Source of the DNA: Longimicrobiales bacterium
Lineage (GTDB): Bacteria > Gemmatimonadota > Gemmatimonadetes > Longimicrobiales > Gaopeijiaceae
Direction: 5' to 3'
Assembly (NCBI GenBank): GCA_046704545.1
Contig: JBJKRT010000009.1
Span: forward strand, 42,456-106,455
Length of the DNA stretch: 64,000 bases
Below are positions 37,772 through 46,652 of the stretch, one piece after another (position 1 is the stretch's first letter; the number at the start of each line of letters is the position of its first letter). Below the pieces are notes generated by a model. The model was not told where the DNA came from and made no database searches. It saw nothing but the letters and a program-made list of their open reading frames with translations. A program made the position numbers and the translations under genes.

Positions 37772-38914
37772 TCAGCGACTTCCTCGTCGAGCCGCTTCTT
37801 CCACGGCGCCGACAATGATCTCCGGCCCGCGGGACACCCAACGCCGAAACGATTCGACGCGCTCCGGAGAGGGTACGGGAGGCGAGGCCCAGAACGCGTC
37901 CAGGTCGCGAAAAGACCCCGTCGTTGCGAGGCCTGCCCGCCGAACATCAGCGGCATTGAACGCCTGTTCGTAGTGATCGTCCACCGGCACCGCCAGAATG
38001 GGCTTTCCGAGCTGGAACGCTTCGCAGAGCGACTCGAACCCTGCGGTTCCGACATACGCCCGGCAACCCGCAAGGTGGTCGAGGAACGCCGTGTCGTCCA
38101 GTTCGTGCACACGGAAACCGACCTGTTCGGGTAGGTCCTGCCCCTCCCCGCCACCAGGCACGTAGCAGTGTACCGCAACGTCGGGATGGCGCGCCTGCCA
38201 TGCCGCAACCTCCCGTGCGTACCCGGCGTTGAGCGCATACGCCAACAGGTAATCTCCGTCGGTGGCGGCACGCAGAGCCGTATCCGGCCTCAGGAGCGGA
38301 GGAGCGACCCGGACGGCCCCGACATCGGGCAGCTCGTCGAACGAGAGACCGAGCACGGTATCCGCTCCGGACGTCGAGATCCTGGACAGCAGCGTGAGAC
38401 CCAGGCGGCCGGATCCGCCCGGGGGCGGGTCGGCCGCTCCCGGATGATCCATCAGGTACGTATGAGCCACGGCCACACGGGGCGTGCGTACGGACGGCAA
38501 GCTCAGGAGGTCGACGAAGCCGGCAATCAGGTCGAAGAAATTCACGACGACATCGGGGCGGTACTCGCGGAGGCCGCGCCGCATCGCGAGAGCGGAGGAC
38601 ACGTACTTCGCCAGGCGGCGGGTGTTGTACGCCGCAGTCCGGAGCACGCTCATTCCCCGGGACTGCCGGTCGGGCACCAGAGTGGGCGCCGGAAAGGTGT
38701 GGAGCGGGGCGTCCAGGCCGCGGGCGAAGTACTCCGGGGCCGGGTGCACGGAGCTGACCCCGAGGTACACCGCGACGACTTCGTGCCCGGCATCTGCCAG
38801 AAAGCGGCGGACGGCGAGCGCCTGGGTCATGTGGCCTCGCCCTTCGCCCTGCACTGCGAAAGCCACGCGGAGGGTGCGGTTCCTCAACCGAGCGGATTCA
38901 TGGAAGATCGGCAT
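37772..38914 (-). CDS. Glycosyltransferase, GT-B fold (GT28/MGT-like)
   Basis: Track ORF trimmed to ATG 38914 (MPIFHESARL...). LRVAFAVQGEGRGHMTQALAV is the G.G.GH N-terminal motif of MurG/MGT-type transferases. Confidence 0.7.
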   Translation of the reverse strand: MPIFHESARLRNRTLRVAFAVQGEGRGHMTQALAVRRFLADAGHEVVAVYLGVSSVHPAPEYFARGLDAPLHTFPAPTLVPDRQSRGMSVLRTAAYNTRRLAKYVSSALAMRRGLREYRPDVVVNFFDLIAGFVDLLSLPSVRTPRVAVAHTYLMDHPGAADPPPGGSGRLGLTLLSRISTSGADTVLGLSFDELPDVGAVRVAPPLLRPDTALRAATDGDYLLAYALNAGYAREVAAWQARHPDVAVHCYVPGGGEGQDLPEQVGFRVHELDDTAFLDHLAGCRAYVGTAGFESLCEAFQLGKPILAVPVDDHYEQAFNAADVRRAGLATTGSFRDLDAFWASPPVPSPERVESFRRWVSRGPEIIVGAVEEAARRGSR

Positions 38915-39115
38915 CCCTGGCTCTGGGTGCGACAAGCCTGGCGCCCCAACTTGTATGCCGTTCCAGGGGCTGTCCAGCGGACCGCCACCGTCGGTGCTCG
39001 CGGCCGGCACCGCCCCCGGCGCGCCGGCGACAAGCCGGATCGACTTGCCCGCACGGCATGAAAACGGGTACCATCTTTCGTTTGCTGGACGACTTTCCCT
39101 GCCTCTCCGGCCCGC

Positions 39116-40594
39116 ATGTCTCTCCTCATCACCACGCTCTACGTGCTCGCCGCCCTGCTGGGCGCGTCGTTTGCCGTTGCGGAGTTGCGTCTCCTGGTGC
39201 GGTTCCTACGCAATCGGGAGTCCGTTCGAGCGTCGGTACGGTCTCACATGAGACGGGTCGCGGTAGCGGGCGGCGACGACACGCTGCCGCCCACGGTCAC
39301 CATCCAGCTTCCGCTCTACAACGAGCGACTGACGGCCCGCCAGGTGATCCTCGCGGCGGCGGCCCAGAGCTACCCGCCGGATCGCTTCGACATTCAGGTG
39401 CTGGACGACTCGACCGACGAGACGACGGCGGTGGTCGAGCAGGCGGTGCGCGAGGTGAGGGAAAAAGGCATCCGGATCGAGCATATCCATCGTTCCGTGC
39501 GAACCGGATACAAGGCCGGCGCGCTCGCCGCCGGGCTGGAGCGTTCCGAAGCGGAGTTCGTGGCGGTCTTCGACGCCGACTTCACGCCCCCGCCGGACTT
39601 CCTCCGACGCGGGCTGGTGGAGGAGGACGCGTTCCAGGATCCGACGGTCGCCTTCGTTCAGACCCGATGGACGTGGCACTCCGTGGGCGGCCTCTTTCAC
39701 GCGGCCCTCGCGCTTCTCCTCGACCGCCACTTCTACGTCCAGAAGCCCGCACGCGCGTTCGCGCGCCAGGTGACGACCTTCAACGGCTCCGGCGGCATCT
39801 GGCGGCGAGACGCGATCGACGCAGCGGGCGGATGGTCCGCCGACACGCTCACGGAGGATCTCGACCTGAGCTTCCGTTGCGCGCTGGCGGGTTGGCACGG
39901 GCGATACGTGCACGACATCGGCGTGCCCAACGAGCTGCCCGCGAACATGCGGTCGTTCAAGCTCCAGCAGCTCCGGTGGGCGCGCGGCAACGCCCAGTGC
40001 TTCCGCAAGCTGCGAAGCCGGGTCATGGATTCGAACAATCGGCTCCGGGACCGCTGGGAAGAGGTATTCCTCCTGGCCGGCTACGGCATCCACCCGGTTC
40101 TTCTGGTCAACCTGGCACTCTGGCCGTGGGCGGTCCTGTACGTCGATCGGACGTTCTTCTGGGTCATGCAGGCCGTCATGTCGCTCGCCACGCTCGTCGC
40201 CCCGATCAGCTTCCTGATCACGCTTCGCGAACGCGGCGACCGATGGAGCCTGGATTTGATCGGTCAGATCCTCGCCGGCATGTGCATCGGCATCGGCCTC
40301 ATGGTCAACAACACCGCGGGCCAACTCCAGGGCTTCCTGCCGGGCAGCGGTGAGTTCGCGCGGACCCCGAAGGGCCGGCCGTCGGGCGGCGGCACGGCCG
40401 CTCAGGCGGCGCGTCCGTACTTCAGCCCACTGCATTGGACCTTCTTCGCAGAGGTCGCCGTCCTCGCTTATTGCCTTCTCACGAGCGCGCTTCTCATGAC
40501 CCACGGTGCCGCCGTGTGGGCGCTCCCTCTCCTGTTCTGGGGGATGTGCATCGGGCTCGTGGCACGGCTACAGCTCCTGCCCCAACCCGTCTGA
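39116..40594 (+). CDS. Membrane glycosyltransferase family 2 (D,D,D,QxxRW type)
   Basis: LDDSTDET, FDADF, TEDLDLS and QQLRWARG motifs. N- and C-terminal TM segments. Confidence 0.85.
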   Translation: MSLLITTLYVLAALLGASFAVAELRLLVRFLRNRESVRASVRSHMRRVAVAGGDDTLPPTVTIQLPLYNERLTARQVILAAAAQSYPPDRFDIQVLDDSTDETTAVVEQAVREVREKGIRIEHIHRSVRTGYKAGALAAGLERSEAEFVAVFDADFTPPPDFLRRGLVEEDAFQDPTVAFVQTRWTWHSVGGLFHAALALLLDRHFYVQKPARAFARQVTTFNGSGGIWRRDAIDAAGGWSADTLTEDLDLSFRCALAGWHGRYVHDIGVPNELPANMRSFKLQQLRWARGNAQCFRKLRSRVMDSNNRLRDRWEEVFLLAGYGIHPVLLVNLALWPWAVLYVDRTFFWVMQAVMSLATLVAPISFLITLRERGDRWSLDLIGQILAGMCIGIGLMVNNTAGQLQGFLPGSGEFARTPKGRPSGGGTAAQAARPYFSPLHWTFFAEVAVLAYCLLTSALLMTHGAAVWALPLLFWGMCIGLVARLQLLPQPV

Positions 40595-40619
40595 GCGGCG
40601 AGCCGCGAGGCACCGGAGC

Positions 40620-42629
40620 TCAGGCTCCCTTCCCTTCCAGGGTCAGCACCTCGAACGGCTCCAGCCGAAAGACGTGCGGCGCACCGGCCTCGAGCCGCAC
40701 GGGTCCACCCGCGCCCCCACCGTCCTTCCACGGGGATGCGAGGCTCCACGACCTTGGCGCCCCCTCGGGAAGCTCGAGCGCACGCTCGACGTCCACCTCC
40801 ATCGATTGCGGCCGGTCGCTCGGATTCCTCAGCACGAGGATGCCCTTGGCCGGTGACCACGACGCCCACCCGTACGGCTCGAGCTCCAGCGGATCGCCGC
40901 CGATCCAGTGCGTGTCGACGAGCGTCGACGCATTTCGCCGAGACCAGCGCGCGGCTTCGGCGAGGTCGTCCCAGTTCTCGTCGCTCAGCAGCGAGGGCGT
41001 GATGTACATCTCCTGGAGCTGAGTCCCGGTTCCGAAGTAGTCACGGATCTCGCTGCGGAAGTCGTGGCCCGGATCGCTGTTCAGCCCGTTGGCGTACTTC
41101 GCGTAGATGAGGCCGTGCAGCATCAGTGAGTTCAGCGGATAGAGCGGCCCCTTCGCGACGATGCCGCGGTGGGTGTCGCCGTCGCGGTACGTGATCCACT
41201 GCTGGCGCTTGGTGCCCACGCCCGCGAACGAGTGGTCGTCCCCGCCACGCCAGATCGAGTCACAGTGCTTGAGCCAGAACGGCGACGGATACGTGCCCGT
41301 CGTGAGGTTCACGTACAGGTCGGGCTCGATGCGGCGCAGGTCCCCGATCAGCGAGATCATCGCGTCGAAGTCGCTGTCGAACCTGCTGCCCGGCACGACG
41401 CTCGAGGCGTTGCCCGTGCCGTCGAACTTGAACTGGTTCACCCCGTACTTCTCGATGAACCGGACGCACGTGTCGTGGAAGAGCTTGTAGTACTTCGGAC
41501 CCGACAGGGCGAACCCGCCGGAGTTCATCTCCAGTCCGTGCGCCTTGCCGTACGCGAGCCGCTCCTGGCGAGGCTTCCCGTAGCCGCCCCACGGCGACAG
41601 CCACACGCCCGGCTCGGCGCCGTAGCGCTCGGCCGCCTTGCGCACGTTGGTGAACCCGTCGGGAAAGCCCGAGTCGAAATGCCAGAGCGTCTTCGGGTCG
41701 TCCCATCCGTCGTCGAAGAGGTACGAGTCGAGCGTCACGTCGCGCTTCTCGTGCAACTCCTGACCGAACGCCCGGATGGCCGCGAGGGCCCCCGCTTCGC
41801 CGTAGCGATTGAAGTAGCCGAGGTCGTACCACGAGTTGTAATGCAGGAACGTCCGGTACGGGTGAGCGCGCTCGCGCTCCACGTACTCCAGGAAGCCCCG
41901 ACGAAGCTGCCCCGCCGGCGTGCTGCCCACCACCGACGACACGGTGAACGTCGTGCCCGGGCGCAACGGGAGGTCTCGTGGAAGCACGGCTCGGGCACGC
42001 GCTCCCTCGAGCGAGGCGTGGGACAGGGGATGCTCGAATCCCAGGTAGACGTCCCCCGACACGATCGGCGAGCCCCGCACCGTCCCGAACACCGCGGCGT
42101 TCGAAAGGTCGACATCGACGAGCACGATGCGCTTCACCGGGACCTGGCTCCTGGTAGGCCGCAGCGTGATCTCCTGCCTCAGGTACTTCGACCCCTGCCG
42201 GCCCACGGCGCTCCACTCCGCGCGTAGTCCCGTCGCCGGATCCTCCAGCTCGACCACGACCCGGGAGCCCGGCACCCGATCCACGAAGCGGGAAGCGTGC
42301 TCGTCGACCGCGAGCTTCTCCGTGCGCGGCCCCCCGAGGATGCGCATCGCCGAAGCGCGCAGCGCGCTCCCGTCCGCCAGCTCGAGCACGAACGCTTCCT
42401 TCGGCGCCGGAATCGAACGGCGGTTCAGCGTGTCGTGCAGCGCCACCGGGCGGAACGAGCCACCCTCGGTCGTCCAGGTGCCCGCGATACCGTCCGTCGT
42501 GAGCGAGACCTCGCCGCCCGAAAGGTGAACACGCGCCAGGCCCGGGAAGACGCCCAGGCCCACGGAAAGCACGGCCGCACGCTCCATGAAGTCACGGCGC
42601 GTGATGGGAGGTCTGTCATGCGAAGTCAT
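40620..42629 (-). CDS. Tat-exported putative glycoside hydrolase (alpha-galactosidase/GH36-like TIM barrel)
   Basis: Track ORF trimmed to ATG 42629. Twin-arginine motif TRRDFMERAA. The YNSWYDLGY...YLFDDGWDD region is reminiscent of clan-D alpha-galactosidases. Family call is tentative. Confidence 0.5.
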   Translation of the reverse strand: MTSHDRPPITRRDFMERAAVLSVGLGVFPGLARVHLSGGEVSLTTDGIAGTWTTEGGSFRPVALHDTLNRRSIPAPKEAFVLELADGSALRASAMRILGGPRTEKLAVDEHASRFVDRVPGSRVVVELEDPATGLRAEWSAVGRQGSKYLRQEITLRPTRSQVPVKRIVLVDVDLSNAAVFGTVRGSPIVSGDVYLGFEHPLSHASLEGARARAVLPRDLPLRPGTTFTVSSVVGSTPAGQLRRGFLEYVERERAHPYRTFLHYNSWYDLGYFNRYGEAGALAAIRAFGQELHEKRDVTLDSYLFDDGWDDPKTLWHFDSGFPDGFTNVRKAAERYGAEPGVWLSPWGGYGKPRQERLAYGKAHGLEMNSGGFALSGPKYYKLFHDTCVRFIEKYGVNQFKFDGTGNASSVVPGSRFDSDFDAMISLIGDLRRIEPDLYVNLTTGTYPSPFWLKHCDSIWRGGDDHSFAGVGTKRQQWITYRDGDTHRGIVAKGPLYPLNSLMLHGLIYAKYANGLNSDPGHDFRSEIRDYFGTGTQLQEMYITPSLLSDENWDDLAEAARWSRRNASTLVDTHWIGGDPLELEPYGWASWSPAKGILVLRNPSDRPQSMEVDVERALELPEGAPRSWSLASPWKDGGGAGGPVRLEAGAPHVFRLEPFEVLTLEGKGA

Positions 42630-42847
42630 GCGGGCCCTCTGGTCTTCTGGATCGGGATCGGCGCGGATCGATTCCACGCCCGGACTGTCCTTGTACCCAC
42701 GCCATCGGGTGATGGTCGCGGAGGAAACGGAGCTCGAAGCCCTCGTGCGAAGAGGAAGAGACCGTGGCGGTCAGAGTACCCTCCGGAGCGAGGACGAGCC
42801 AGTGGCGAGCGGGAGGGGCTCCACGGCCGAAGCTACCCGTGCGCCTC

Positions 42848-44392
42848 TCACCGCCCGACCACCACCCGGTTCCTCCCCGCGTGCTTGGCCTGGTAGAGCG
42901 CCTCGTCCGACGCCTGGAGCAACCGATCCGGGGAGTCGGCGTGAAGGCCGAGGGCCGCGACACCCAGGCTCGCCGTGACGTGGTAGGTCGTGCCGTCGGG
43001 AGATCGGAGGTCGGTCTGCTCGAGCTTTCTGCGCACCCGCTCGGCCATCACTCGAGCGCCGGCGGCGTTCGTCTCGGGCAGGAGGAGCGCCAGCTCTTCT
43101 CCGCCGATGCGTGCCGCCTCGTCGACGTCCCGGCACACCCCCCGCAGGATCGCGGCGGTCTCGCGCAGCACGTCGTCTCCGGCAGCGTGGCCATGCGTGT
43201 CGTTCACGCCCTTGAAGTGGTCTAGATCGAGCAGCACCAACGACAATGGGCGGTCGTAGCGCTGCGCGCGATCGATCTCCCGCTGGAGCGCCTCCATGAA
43301 GTGGCGTCGATTGGCGAGCCCCGTAAGCTCGTCCGTGTTGGCGAGCTTCTCCAGCTTCGCGTGCGCCTCGAGAAGCGGGGTCACGTCGCGAAGGACGAGC
43401 GCGGACCGACCCGGTGCGCCGCGCCGGTCGAGCGAGGTCACCGTGACCTCGAAGGAGCGCTCGGCCCCCCCCGCCTCCACGGAGGTCCGGAGGCGGATCC
43501 GTGAAGAGGTCTCGGATTCCTGTCGCGTCCGCGCCCAGAGCGTTCCGAGCGATACCGGCACGTCCCCGTACGCACGCAGCCCCAGCACGTGCTCGGCGGC
43601 CCTGTTTGCGTCCACGACGCGCCCTTTGCCGTCCATGACGACCACCGGGTCCTGAAGCTCGACCATCACCAGGGTCCGAGCGACGGGCCCGAGCGTCAGA
43701 AGTCGCTGGCGCAGCAATCCCCAGGCGAGAAGCGCGGAGGCTACGCCGAACCCGGCGGAGCTCAGATCGGCCCAGTCCGCCGACGTACTCCACACGAGGT
43801 GGGCGAGGATCGGCCCGACACCCACGAGACCCGCTCCAACGGCGACAACGCTTCGCGCGCGCGAGCCCGGCGTGCGCGCCAGGTACGCGACGAGGGCCGC
43901 CGTGGCCCCGACCACGGTCGCCGCGGCGACCAGGATCTGCACGACATACCACGCGCCACGGTCGACGCGCAGGCCCACGAGGCCGTTCATCGCGACGAGC
44001 CCGGTCCCCCGCACCACCCACGTGCCGATGCCGGGGATCAAGGACAGCACCAGGGTGACGACCGAGACCGCGTACACGCCCCACACGGGCCACCGCAGCA
44101 GGTCGCGCCCGCGACCGGCGTACGCGAGGGCGAACCACAGCCACGTGACCGGCGCCACGGCCAGGGCCGCATCCTCGACCCTCAGGAGCAAGGGCACGGT
44201 CGACAGCGTGGGGCTGAGCACCGTGAGAAGGTGCAGCAGCGCCCACAGCCCGCTGACCGCCGCGAGCAGCGCGAGCGCCGTCACGGACGGCTCCCGCCTG
44301 CGCGCCCACAGGTACTCCAGGTCACGGAGCACCAGCAGGACCGCAAGGAGCGGCCCCAGCGCCCACGGCGTGAGTTGGAGCGACCAGATCAT
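42848..44392 (-). CDS. Membrane-bound PAS-GGDEF diguanylate cyclase
   Basis: About seven N-terminal hydrophobic segments, a PAS-like region, and a GGDEF domain (DELTGLANRRHF, DLDHFKGVND, RIGGEELALL). Confidence 0.85.
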   Translation of the reverse strand: MIWSLQLTPWALGPLLAVLLVLRDLEYLWARRREPSVTALALLAAVSGLWALLHLLTVLSPTLSTVPLLLRVEDAALAVAPVTWLWFALAYAGRGRDLLRWPVWGVYAVSVVTLVLSLIPGIGTWVVRGTGLVAMNGLVGLRVDRGAWYVVQILVAAATVVGATAALVAYLARTPGSRARSVVAVGAGLVGVGPILAHLVWSTSADWADLSSAGFGVASALLAWGLLRQRLLTLGPVARTLVMVELQDPVVVMDGKGRVVDANRAAEHVLGLRAYGDVPVSLGTLWARTRQESETSSRIRLRTSVEAGGAERSFEVTVTSLDRRGAPGRSALVLRDVTPLLEAHAKLEKLANTDELTGLANRRHFMEALQREIDRAQRYDRPLSLVLLDLDHFKGVNDTHGHAAGDDVLRETAAILRGVCRDVDEAARIGGEELALLLPETNAAGARVMAERVRRKLEQTDLRSPDGTTYHVTASLGVAALGLHADSPDRLLQASDEALYQAKHAGRNRVVVGR

Positions 44393-44470
44393 GGACGTGC
44401 CTCCCGGCGCAGGACCTCGGACCCCGTCGACGCGCTCCCGCCGCCGCGGCCGCTCAGAGGCCCGCGGCGA

Positions 44471-46432
44471 TCAGCTTCCGCCTCCCTTCACCCACTCGTT
44501 GTTCGACCGGTCGATGTCCGGAAGCTTCGTCTGGGGATCGAGCGTGACGCTCGTCACCTCGCCCTTCTCGGGCACGTGGTAAACGAAGTCGTCACCCGTC
44601 GCCCAGATCTGGACCGGGAGCTTCTCGTTCAGCGTTCGGCCGTCGGCGAAGCCGATCCGGATCAGGACCGGCATGACCAGCCCCTTCTTGTTCTCGAGGT
44701 GCACGAATGCACCCGTGGAGTCCTGCTGCACGGACGTCACCGCCTGATCCAGAACATCCGTGCTCGCGAACCATCCGCGCCAGAACCACGACAGGTCCCT
44801 GCCGCTCACGCTCTCCATGGTGCGGAAGAAATCCCACGGCTTGGGATGCTTGAACGCCCACTCGTCCGTGTACAGTCGCATGGCCTTCTTGAACGTCTTC
44901 TCGCCCATGATCACCTCACGTAGGAGCACGAGGCCGTAGGCCGGCTTGTCGTACGCGAGCAGCCCGAGCCCGGCGTCGCGGATGTCGTCGGGATAGGTGA
45001 GGATCGGCTGGTCCGCGACGGGCGATTGCATCGCACGGGCGATGCGCGGAGCCGTGGTCGCCAGCGTTTTCAACGCCGACGGCCCATAGAAGGCGATGTG
45101 CGAATAGTGGTTGATGAACGTGTTGAATCCCTCGTCCATCCAGGCGTAGCGGCGCTCGTCGCTACCCACGGTCATGGGATACCAGGTATGGCCGAACTCG
45201 TGATCTTCGACGCTGAACAGGCTGCGATCGCGCGCCCGCACCGAGCAGAAGACGATTCCGGGGTACTCCATGCCGCCCACGATGCCCGCGACGCTCACGG
45301 CCGACGAGTACGGGTAGTGCCGCCACTGCTGCGAGTAGTAGGAGATGGTGTGGTGCAGGTACTGGGTCGAGTTCTCCCACCCTGGCCGCTCCTTGGTCCC
45401 GAGTCCCTCCTTCGGGTAGACCGACTGCAGGAGCACGCCGTCCCAGCCGGCCGCGTTCCAGATGAAGGCCCGGGAGGTGGCCCACGCGAAGTCGCGTGAA
45501 TCCTTGATGCGGAATTTCCACGTGAGCGGGCCCGAGCCGGCGGGCCGGACGTCCTTCGTGCCGACCTCGCTCTCGGTCACGATCGGGACCGTCTCGCTGC
45601 TGCTCCGGGCCTTCCGGAGCCGCTCGATCTCCTGGTGGGTGAGCACCTCGTCGGGGTTGAGCAGCTTGCCGCTGCCGAACACGAGCATGTCGTGCGGCAC
45701 CGTGATCGAGACGTCGAACGTCCCGTACTCCAGGTAGAACTCCCCCTGTCCGAGGTAGGGCATGGGGTTCCACCCGTGGACGTCGTCGTAGACGTACATG
45801 CGCGGATACCACTGGGCGATCTCGTAGATCCATCCCTGCTGCGCGTGGAAGCGTCCCATACGGTCCGCCCCGTAATGGGGCACGACGAACGACCAGTCGA
45901 ACTCGAGCTGCAGGTGGTCGCCCTTGGGCTTCATGTCGCGGTGGAGGTCGATGCGCATGCGGGTCCCGTCCACCGTATACGATGGGGTGTAGCGCTTCCC
46001 GTCCTGGATGACGGCCACCGACTTCAGCTTGTCGCCGCCGCCCGAGAACGCGCCCCGCCAGCGGGCCTGGGAGTTGATGATCGCACCGCGGCTGTTGCGC
46101 GCGAACAGGTTCTGCTCGAGCTGGATCCAGAGGTATCCCAGCGAATCCGGCGAGTTGTTCGTGTAGTCGATGACCTCGTGTCCGATCACCTCGTGCGCAG
46201 CCGTGTCGAGCGTCGCATGCAGGTGATAGTCCGCCTCCTGTTGCCAGTACTCCGGCCCCGGAGCGCCGTCCGCCGTGCGGATCTCGTTGGCCTCCGGCAT
46301 CGGGTACGGCGCGAACATCGCCTGGTTCGTGGGGGGAAGCGACGCCGCTCGGGATTGGGCGTGGGCGGCGGACGCCGCCAGGAAGGTGAGCAAGGCGCCC
46401 GCGACGACGCCTTTCGCACAGGAGATGCGCAT
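44471..46432 (-). CDS. M1-family zinc metallopeptidase (aminopeptidase N-like), secreted
   Basis: Signal peptide. Zincin motif HEFGHTWYP followed by WMDEGF (third Zn ligand). Confidence 0.85.
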   Translation of the reverse strand: MRISCAKGVVAGALLTFLAASAAHAQSRAASLPPTNQAMFAPYPMPEANEIRTADGAPGPEYWQQEADYHLHATLDTAAHEVIGHEVIDYTNNSPDSLGYLWIQLEQNLFARNSRGAIINSQARWRGAFSGGGDKLKSVAVIQDGKRYTPSYTVDGTRMRIDLHRDMKPKGDHLQLEFDWSFVVPHYGADRMGRFHAQQGWIYEIAQWYPRMYVYDDVHGWNPMPYLGQGEFYLEYGTFDVSITVPHDMLVFGSGKLLNPDEVLTHQEIERLRKARSSSETVPIVTESEVGTKDVRPAGSGPLTWKFRIKDSRDFAWATSRAFIWNAAGWDGVLLQSVYPKEGLGTKERPGWENSTQYLHHTISYYSQQWRHYPYSSAVSVAGIVGGMEYPGIVFCSVRARDRSLFSVEDHEFGHTWYPMTVGSDERRYAWMDEGFNTFINHYSHIAFYGPSALKTLATTAPRIARAMQSPVADQPILTYPDDIRDAGLGLLAYDKPAYGLVLLREVIMGEKTFKKAMRLYTDEWAFKHPKPWDFFRTMESVSGRDLSWFWRGWFASTDVLDQAVTSVQQDSTGAFVHLENKKGLVMPVLIRIGFADGRTLNEKLPVQIWATGDDFVYHVPEKGEVTSVTLDPQTKLPDIDRSNNEWVKGGGS

Positions 46433-46593
46433 GGATCTGCCTCGACAGGGAAACGAACGGCTGTACCCCGCGGCGTGACGACCCGCCCCGTCACGAGGAG
46501 ACGAACCGTGAACGATAGAGCCGACCGCCCGGCTGGGCCAACCGCGACCGACCTGTGTCGACGAGGCATCCCCAGACCGGGAGGAGCCGAACG

Positions 46594-46629
46594 CGACACG
46601 GGGCGCCCCCTCCGGAGGGCGCCCCGTGT
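46594..46629 (-). terminator. GC-rich hairpin downstream of the POT transporter gene
   Basis: 14-bp perfect stem GACACGGGGCGCCC / GGGCGCCCCGTGTC with an 8-nt loop. Only a weak U-tract on the minus strand. Confidence 0.5.
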
Positions 46630-46652
46630 CTACGACGCTGCGGGCGCAGGCG

